64,000 nucleotides of DNA from positions 4,432-68,431 of the IMG/VR virus record IMGVR_UViG_3300032323_002772, one strand, 5' to 3'. The notes below the pieces were generated by a model. That model worked only from the letters and a program-made list of their open reading frames with translations, was not told the origin of the DNA and made no database searches. Below, piece after piece: positions 58,313-64,000 of this stretch. Every line of letters begins with the position of its first letter. The stretch's first letter is position 1. Made by a program: the position numbers and the translations under genes. Source of the stretch: a virus.

Positions 58313-58385
58313 TCCAGAATAGCTCAGCAGGTAGAGCAACTGATTTGTAATCAGTAGGTCGCAAGTTCGATTCTTGTTTCTGGAT
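58313..58385 (+). tRNA. tRNA-Thr(TGT)
   Basis: TCCAGAA/TTCTGGA; GCTC/GAGC D arm; ACTGA-TTTGTAA-TCAGT. Confidence 0.9.
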
Positions 58386-58388
58386 CAA

Positions 58389-58487
58389 GGATGAGAGTAG
58401 ACGAAAGTGGAAGCACCCGTCAGTCACGTGTAACTCGTGGTGCAGCAAGTAGAAACTTTGTTTAGTCGGCCAACTAAACCTCATCCA
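58389..58487 (+). ncRNA. Unknown cloverleaf-like RNA
   Basis: GGATGAG/CTCATCC closing stem with four internal hairpins. Confidence 0.5.
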
Positions 58488-58490
58488 TAT

Positions 58491-58585
58491 AGTCAGGTAG
58501 CTTACTATAGGAAGCACTCCTCGCTTGGGGAGTTCCATCTCAGCTCTCCGGAGGGCTGATACAGGTTCGAACCCTGTCCTGACTA
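58491..58585 (+). ncRNA. tRNA-like RNA with non-canonical anticodon arm
   Basis: AGTCAGG/CCTGACT, GCTT/AAGC D arm, ACAGG-TTCGAAC-CCTGT T arm; 8-nt anticodon loop; long extra arm. Confidence 0.65.
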
Positions 58586-58647
58586 CGAAACCCAAGAGCC
58601 TCTCAAAGTAAGCACACTGGTTGACAGCTTGGAAAGACGAGCAAATT

Positions 58648-58734
58648 GGAAGCTTGCCAGAGTGGTTGAATGGAACGGTCTTGAAAACCGTCATACTGGA
58701 AACGGTATCTGGGGTTCGAATCCCTGAGCTTCCG
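58648..58734 (+). tRNA. tRNA-Ser(TGA)
   Basis: GGAAGCT/AGCTTCC; ACGGT-CTTGAAA-ACCGT; long variable arm; G73. Confidence 0.92.
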
Positions 58735-58739
58735 CAAAC

Positions 58740-58810
58740 TGCCCTTTAGTATAACGGTAGTACGACAGTTTTTGGTACTGTTTGTTGAGGTTCGAATCCT
58801 TGAGGGGCAA
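58740..58810 (+). tRNA. tRNA-Gln(TTG)
   Basis: TGCCCTT/AGGGGCA; ACAGT-TTTTGGT-ACTGT; GGTTCGAATCC. Confidence 0.9.
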
Positions 58811-58841
58811 CATTAGGTTCGTATATTTAAAATAAAAAATT

Positions 58842-59069
58842 ATGTTTTGGACAATTTACGCAATAAGCGTTATTTATTGCTTTTATCAATTAGTAAAACG
58901 CTACAGAGCAACTGACTTAAGAGGCGGTGGATTAGATTCAGCCCCAGGATTAGATGGAGTTATGGTACTTTTCCTAGCACCAGTATTAGCTGTAGTTGAC
59001 GTTACTTTAACTTGGATAAGAATTTATAAAGAAGCTGAAGAAGCAAGACGAAGAAACAATACACTGTAG
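58842..59069 (+). CDS. Small two-TM membrane protein
   Basis: Two hydrophobic segments in 75 aa. Confidence 0.6.
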   Translation: MFWTIYAISVIYCFYQLVKRYRATDLRGGGLDSAPGLDGVMVLFLAPVLAVVDVTLTWIRIYKEAEEARRRNNTL

Positions 59070-59221
59070 GGTGGTGAAATGGCTCTAGAGCTTGGCAGAC
59101 ACACCCACTCGTCTCGTGGGCACAGAGCATGAAATAGATAAATGATACGGGTTGACCACAAAGCCGGCTTATTTGTCATTTATCAAATCACTGTGTGCTG
59201 GTTCGACTCCAGCCCCTACAG
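59065..59221 (+). ncRNA. Large tRNA-like RNA with D-loop insert and ~75-nt extra arm
   Basis: TGTAGGG/CCCTACA; CCCAC-TCGTCTC-GTGGG; GCTGG-TTCGACT-CCAGC. Confidence 0.65.
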
Positions 59222-59226
59222 CTAAT

Positions 59227-59316
59227 GCCCTTGTGGTGGAATAGGTAGACACGCAGGACTTAAAATCCTGTTCGCCGAAAAAGCGAGTGCGGGTTCGATT
59301 CCCGCTGGGGGCACCA
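59227..59316 (+). tRNA. tRNA-Leu(TAA)
   Basis: CAGGA-CTTAAAA-TCCTG; variable arm; encoded CCA. Confidence 0.92.
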
Positions 59317-59328
59317 ATAGTTATTGAT

Positions 59329-59658
59329 ATGGCATGTCACTGTTTAATGTTAAAGGATCAACGTGAATTCTTTCAAATGATGAAAGATAGGAATAGCGAT
59401 TTGATTCTTAAAATGGTTAAATGTGTACTTAGCGCATATAAACGAAATAAAGACGGAATTGAAATATTCGATATCACATTCAAGGATATGAGTGGTATGA
59501 TATTTAATATTGAAAAATCGCAATATACTGAATTATTATCTAATTGCTTAAACGACTTAATTGCACTTGAAGAATATGAACTGTGCGCTGAAGTTAAAAA
59601 AATATTAGATAAAAAATCTAAAAAAACATCTGGGGATGTTCCGGTATTTGATCAGTAA
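59329..59658 (+). CDS. Hypothetical protein with C-terminal UVR-like motif
   Basis: LIALEEYELCAEVKKIL; resembles 56165-56482; 3' end overlaps tmRNA. Confidence 0.55.
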   Translation: MACHCLMLKDQREFFQMMKDRNSDLILKMVKCVLSAYKRNKDGIEIFDITFKDMSGMIFNIEKSQYTELLSNCLNDLIALEEYELCAEVKKILDKKSKKTSGDVPVFDQ

Positions 59659-60016
59659 TTCGGAGGTAATACCACACGCGGACAAAGTAAGATAAGTCCT
59701 TAAAACCTTGCGAAACAATAACTGTAGAATTATCTACTATGACCTTCGAAGATATGATGTCTTTCGTTGGTGCGGATTACGCAGTAGCTGCCTAGTCCAA
59801 CTCGGGTCGGTGCACATATAACCTAGGAACAGAAGTGTTTACAAAGGCTTTATTCGTTGAGCCCATTAATCAACGAATTGGTGGAACGCTATTCTAACCA
59901 AATGGCCCCAATTCTTCTGGAACAGTAGTAAGATTAAACTGTTATACTAAGCGTGTGAGACGTTGGTATTATTGTTCATTATTGAGACACGAGTTCGACT
60001 CTCGTCATCTCCACCA
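59632..60016 (+). ncRNA. ssrA: tmRNA
   Basis: GGGGATG/CATCTCC-ACCA acceptor with G3:U; T arm ACGAG-TTCGACT-CTCGT; tag ORF ending YAVAA* after ATAACT-G. Confidence 0.9.
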
Positions 60017-60019
60017 ATT

Positions 60020-60048
60020 AGAGCAACCGTAGCTGGTTGCTCTTTCTC
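60020..60048 (+). terminator. Intrinsic terminator after tmRNA
   Basis: AGAGCAACC-GTAGCT-GGTTGCTCT then TTCTC. Confidence 0.7.
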
Positions 60049-60082
60049 TATATTTATAATTAACCACATTAAAAATTAAGAG

Positions 60083-60733
60083 ATGCAACAAAAACCAGTT
60101 ACAACGGCCATAAGCCTACGCGAACGGATTGCGCAAGGCGTATTATTTCTATTCGGAGCGCTTATAATCACGGGCCTAGCAATACAATTATACTTCGTAT
60201 ATTGTCAATTCTTTAAATCTTACGACGAAAATTTACAAATGTCTAATGCAATTAGTCATAAAATTGATGGGACATTTAAAAATAGTCCTGGTAATATATG
60301 GTATGATGCAGATGAACATATCTGGGTTCAAAGTGTAACTAACAAAGTAGTTATCGGTAAATTAGCAGGTAACCGCAATTTAGAATTTGGTGTTAAGAAT
60401 GTATTAGAAGAATACTTACAAGAAAAAGGATTGAATTTATCTCCTGAAGCTGAAAATAAACTAAAAGTAGAAATCATTTATTTAGACGTTCTAACTACTA
60501 AAAAGAACGTATCTGTATTTCATAAAAACGAACAAGAAGTCGTTATTCGTTTAAAAGGTATCCTATACAAAGACGGTATCAAAGAAAAAGAGGTTATCGT
60601 TGAAGAAAGCTCATCTGAAATCTCTATGTCAACTCTGATAGTAGATGAAGGTGGTAAATTCAACCAAACAAGTCTAAGTAATGCGCTTAAGAAAGGTTGT
60701 GACAAATTAATCACAAAACTATTAGAAAAATAA
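60083..60733 (+). CDS. Membrane-anchored protein (possible CsgG/TolB_N-like fold)
   Basis: N-terminal TM helix; GVKNVLEEYL...SLSNALKKG. Confidence 0.5.
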   Translation: MQQKPVTTAISLRERIAQGVLFLFGALIITGLAIQLYFVYCQFFKSYDENLQMSNAISHKIDGTFKNSPGNIWYDADEHIWVQSVTNKVVIGKLAGNRNLEFGVKNVLEEYLQEKGLNLSPEAENKLKVEIIYLDVLTTKKNVSVFHKNEQEVVIRLKGILYKDGIKEKEVIVEESSSEISMSTLIVDEGGKFNQTSLSNALKKGCDKLITKLLEK

Positions 60734-60734
60734 A

Positions 60735-62369
60735 ATGAAAAAATTACTAATTCTTATTGGAATACTTATAGTATCCATAACAACTAACGCTCAGATAGTT
60801 GTAAACCAATCTATTTCTGCTGGACCTTACAAAGTAGGTGATACTGTAACTGTAACATATACCGTAGATAAAGGTATAACTAAACCACGTTATTTCTGGT
60901 TAAGATACCAATTTAACAATAAGGCTTTAACTTATTTATCAACTACATTCTCACAAGGTAGTCAAGCTCAAACATTCTATACTGGTTGGACTAACTACAG
61001 ATTTACACCTAAATCAAATATAAGCGATACATCGCTATATGGTCAGTATCAAGCTACACCTTGGTCATATGCTGTAAACGCAGATTGGAACGTTGGACAA
61101 TTAGCAATCCAAAGAGCAGACAGAAGTATAGATGGCGTGATAGCAACCCAAAGATATATCCTTAAAGACCAAAACACATACCAGAATTTTCATGATTTAG
61201 ACTTATCATACGCATTAGATAGTGCAAGTGGTAATAATATCCCATTTGTAAGAACAACATCAGTTCCTCTATCAATTACTGGAGTAAGTGGTAATACATC
61301 TTTCTTTAAAGTAAGAGTATTATTCCCATCTGGATATAACATTAGTGATCATTCAGTTCAGTTAATGAGATTAAAAACTGATGGCAGTGGAGATATTGAT
61401 TGGTCACAACAACCACTTCAACAAAAGGCATTAGATGGTAGTGGCGAGGCTATATTCACAACAGGTGTTAAAGTTGGTGATTCGTTAGGTGTATTCATTG
61501 GAAACTCATCATCTAAAAGTTGGATGAACAATATAATAACTGTATCAGATGCCTATAGAGCATTTTTAGGACATTCTCAAACTGATATAGCAGGTAATAG
61601 TACATTCTTTACAAGACCTACACTTGAAAGAAGAATTGGTAATGTGACTAGAAACGATATGACATTTACTGAAGCAGATGCTTATTATTCATTTGCATAC
61701 GTAATGGGAATTGATGTATCTGCTAATGCTTTCATTCCAACATCAACATCTACATCTTGGAGATGGCACAGTGGATTATTAAATCAAAGTTGGTTAGATG
61801 GTACTTCAAGGTATAGAGTATATATTACCCAACCAGCACAAACTGTAGACGCTGTATTTGCTTGGGGTGGTGACTTAGATTGGTCACATTCATCTCATCC
61901 TGATACAATCGCTGCAAGAATATCAAGTGGTGTCTTTACAAATTCAGCTAACATGAGTGAAACTATAAAAATTGGTACTATGTCTTATAAAGCACCAGTA
62001 TTGGAAAAAGCAACATTAAGTTTAACCTCAGCAATTGAAAGTAATAAAGTAACATTATCAGCAAACTTAACTAAAGCGGATTTAGCTGGTTTAGAAGTGA
62101 TCATGCAGTACGACAGTACTAAATTAACATTAACAGATGTTATATTTGATGCTGGTTCTACCATTACAAATTTCTCAACACATAATGATGGTAGATTAAC
62201 ATTCGGTTCAATTGACCAATTAAAAACAGCTAGAATTAAAGTTGGTACTCCATATAAATTAATATTCACACCTAAAGTACCTTTAAGTAACACTGCAGGT
62301 TTATTCTATACGGTATTAGCAGATGCAGTTGATGCGACTGGTAAAAAGATAGAATTAATAGTTGAATAG
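60735..62369 (+). CDS. Secreted protein with cohesin-like and dockerin-like modules
   Basis: Signal peptide MKKLLILIGILIVSITTNA-Q; VGDTVTV; ITVSDAY..F...FTEADAY; AGLEVIMQYDSTKL. Confidence 0.6.
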   Translation: MKKLLILIGILIVSITTNAQIVVNQSISAGPYKVGDTVTVTYTVDKGITKPRYFWLRYQFNNKALTYLSTTFSQGSQAQTFYTGWTNYRFTPKSNISDTSLYGQYQATPWSYAVNADWNVGQLAIQRADRSIDGVIATQRYILKDQNTYQNFHDLDLSYALDSASGNNIPFVRTTSVPLSITGVSGNTSFFKVRVLFPSGYNISDHSVQLMRLKTDGSGDIDWSQQPLQQKALDGSGEAIFTTGVKVGDSLGVFIGNSSSKSWMNNIITVSDAYRAFLGHSQTDIAGNSTFFTRPTLERRIGNVTRNDMTFTEADAYYSFAYVMGIDVSANAFIPTSTSTSWRWHSGLLNQSWLDGTSRYRVYITQPAQTVDAVFAWGGDLDWSHSSHPDTIAARISSGVFTNSANMSETIKIGTMSYKAPVLEKATLSLTSAIESNKVTLSANLTKADLAGLEVIMQYDSTKLTLTDVIFDAGSTITNFSTHNDGRLTFGSIDQLKTARIKVGTPYKLIFTPKVPLSNTAGLFYTVLADAVDATGKKIELIVE

Positions 62370-62370
62370 T

Positions 62371-64000
62371 ATGAGAAAAATATTAGTTACATTATTCTTA
62401 TTAATATCATTTTTAGGGTTCGGACAGAGTGTATCTGCTCCGGACTCTAAATCGTTCTTACCTTCTACAACTGGACAAGATGCTAGTGGATTTGTTTTAA
62501 GTGAATTTAACTCAACTGCAACTCTATTAGCATCAATCAGTTTAGTTAATCCTCCAACAGGTACAACATTTAACCTAACTACAACAACAGGTCTAACCGC
62601 AGCAAGTGGATTCACATTACCTGGTAATAAGACTCGTTTAGTAGTAACGGGAACAATGGCTAATATCAATACAGCATTAGCATCTCTAAAAGTAAATACA
62701 GGCTCAGTAAGAGGTAATATTACATTATCAGTAGCAGCAACTGTAAATCCAACGGGTTTCTTTTACAATGGAACAAACGGACACTTTTATAGACCAATAT
62801 CACAAGGAACAACTTATACAAATGCTAGAGCAGCAGCATTAAACACTACATTTAAAGGACAAAGAGGATATTTAGTAACAATTACATCAGCAGATGAAGA
62901 TGTATTTGTATTTAATAATGTTCCACAAGGTAATATATGGTTTGCACTAACTGATGAAGCAGTCGAAGGACAATGGAGAATTGATGCTGGTCCTGAAGCT
63001 GGAACTTTAATTAAAACATCAAATGGACAATTTGCTGGAAATATAGCTGGACAATATAACAACTGGGCGGGTGGTGAACCAAACAATGCTGGTAATGAAG
63101 ATTATGCTGTAACTAAATGGAGTGGTGGTTCTCAATGGAACGATTTACCAAATAACTTTAGCTGCCCTTATGTAATTGAATATGGAACTTGGACTAACCC
63201 AGATGATGCTACATTTACTGAGTTCTATACTAATAGTGTAACACATTCAAATGGTGAAGTATTAACAGCAAGATTTAATTTTGATTTTGGTGGTAATATA
63301 GACGAAACTAAATTCTCAGCTAAAGCAAATACATTTGTAAACAATACTTGGGGCGTAACTACTAACACGTCAAGAGCAATAAGTGGATTAGGTAAAGCAG
63401 ACATCACAAACGATTTAGATACTGTAAAAGTAAATGGTGGTGGAGTAAGAGCAACAACAACAGGTGGACAAGTAGAATGGTGTGTAGTATATGATTATGA
63501 ACCACAAAACCAGAGATACCAAATTTTAGTTGATAAAAGAGAATTTCCACAAGGCATTTCAGCAAATAGTGTTACGAGTTTACAATTATTTGATTTGTGG
63601 AATGGGCCTGTAACTTATCAATGGGATGATGGGACATGGGCTGCTTATTGGATTTATACACCAACAGAACTTAATTTTTCAGGTTCATCATTTACATCTA
63701 ATATAAGACGAGCTGGGTTTTTTTGGGGATTACGTGCCGAATTTACATTTACCCCAAACACAATATTTAAACAACATGGTATTGAATTAACAACTAATCA
63801 AAATGACTTAAATACATTATACAACAGTATAGTAACTGTGTCAGATGTATTCTTAGCATTTAAGGAATTATCAAACGGTGGGATATTTGGAAATGAAAGT
63901 GGTAATGAATTTGGGTATGGGATTCAATTTATGAATGCTGACGTTGATGGTAACGGTGTATTTAATGAAGCTGATACTTATAAATTATTACAACACCTAA
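62371..64000 (+). CDS. Large secreted protein with C-type lectin-like and dockerin-like modules (3' truncated)
   Basis: MRKILVTLFLLISFLGFG-Q signal; NGHFY...YLVTITSADE...NWAGGEPNN...WNDL; DVDGNGVFNEADTY; frame open to window end. Confidence 0.75.
   Translation, partial: MRKILVTLFLLISFLGFGQSVSAPDSKSFLPSTTGQDASGFVLSEFNSTATLLASISLVNPPTGTTFNLTTTTGLTAASGFTLPGNKTRLVVTGTMANINTALASLKVNTGSVRGNITLSVAATVNPTGFFYNGTNGHFYRPISQGTTYTNARAAALNTTFKGQRGYLVTITSADEDVFVFNNVPQGNIWFALTDEAVEGQWRIDAGPEAGTLIKTSNGQFAGNIAGQYNNWAGGEPNNAGNEDYAVTKWSGGSQWNDLPNNFSCPYVIEYGTWTNPDDATFTEFYTNSVTHSNGEVLTARFNFDFGGNIDETKFSAKANTFVNNTWGVTTNTSRAISGLGKADITNDLDTVKVNGGGVRATTTGGQVEWCVVYDYEPQNQRYQILVDKREFPQGISANSVTSLQLFDLWNGPVTYQWDDGTWAAYWIYTPTELNFSGSSFTSNIRRAGFFWGLRAEFTFTPNTIFKQHGIELTTNQNDLNTLYNSIVTVSDVFLAFKELSNGGIFGNESGNEFGYGIQFMNADVDGNGVFNEADTYKLLQHL

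Noticed and set aside
58586-58647. Further small RNA (GCTTG-GAAAGA-CGAGC hairpin) before tRNA-Ser
   Set aside because: Only one short hairpin; not enough to call without homologs
58299-58694. 131 aa minus-strand ORF
   Set aside because: Antisense to tRNAs and tRNA-like RNAs
59287-59328. Upstream GTG start for the 59287-59658 ORF
   Set aside because: Lies inside tRNA-Leu; ATG at 59329 preferred
1-64000. Stop-codon recoding, inteins or group I introns
   Set aside because: Long genes are intact in the standard code, TAG and TGA both serve as stops, and PolB, RNR, helicase and RecA show normal lengths

Overview
This window is 64 kb of a large, AT-rich, T4-like (myovirus-type, probably jumbo) bacteriophage genome. 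Essentially every gene is on the + strand in the standard genetic code. A Bacteroidota host is inferred from a DUF4494-like gene, SD-less A-rich start contexts, TTTG-N20-TAnATT promoters and Bacteroidota-style signal peptides. Gene order: tail tube, tail chaperone (probable programmed frameshift), tape measure and baseplate genes (1-10270); replication/recombination genes including a short PolA-like gene, SSB, RecA/UvsX, 5'-3' exonuclease, DnaB helicase, thioredoxin and class II RNR (10322-18825); a 7-deazaguanine (preQ0) cluster (queD, divergent TGT/DpdA-like gene, queC, queE, folE, then a PRTase, two GT-A glycosyltransferases and a dCTP deaminase/dUTPase), interrupted by a mini-gene array delimited by 26-bp repeats; a Thr-rich mucin-like protein; PolB, clamp and clamp loader; Hsp20 (bracketed by a perfect 15-bp inverted repeat), GroES and GroEL; a ~17 kb glycan island that looks like a GDP-deoxyheptose/branched-sugar pathway; ClpP with two UVR-motif proteins; an RNA array of 5 canonical tRNAs, 4 unexplained structured or tRNA-like RNAs and a tmRNA with a long tag; and the start of an operon of secreted cohesin/dockerin/C-type-lectin-like proteins. 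All family assignments come from motif recognition by eye, not database searches.
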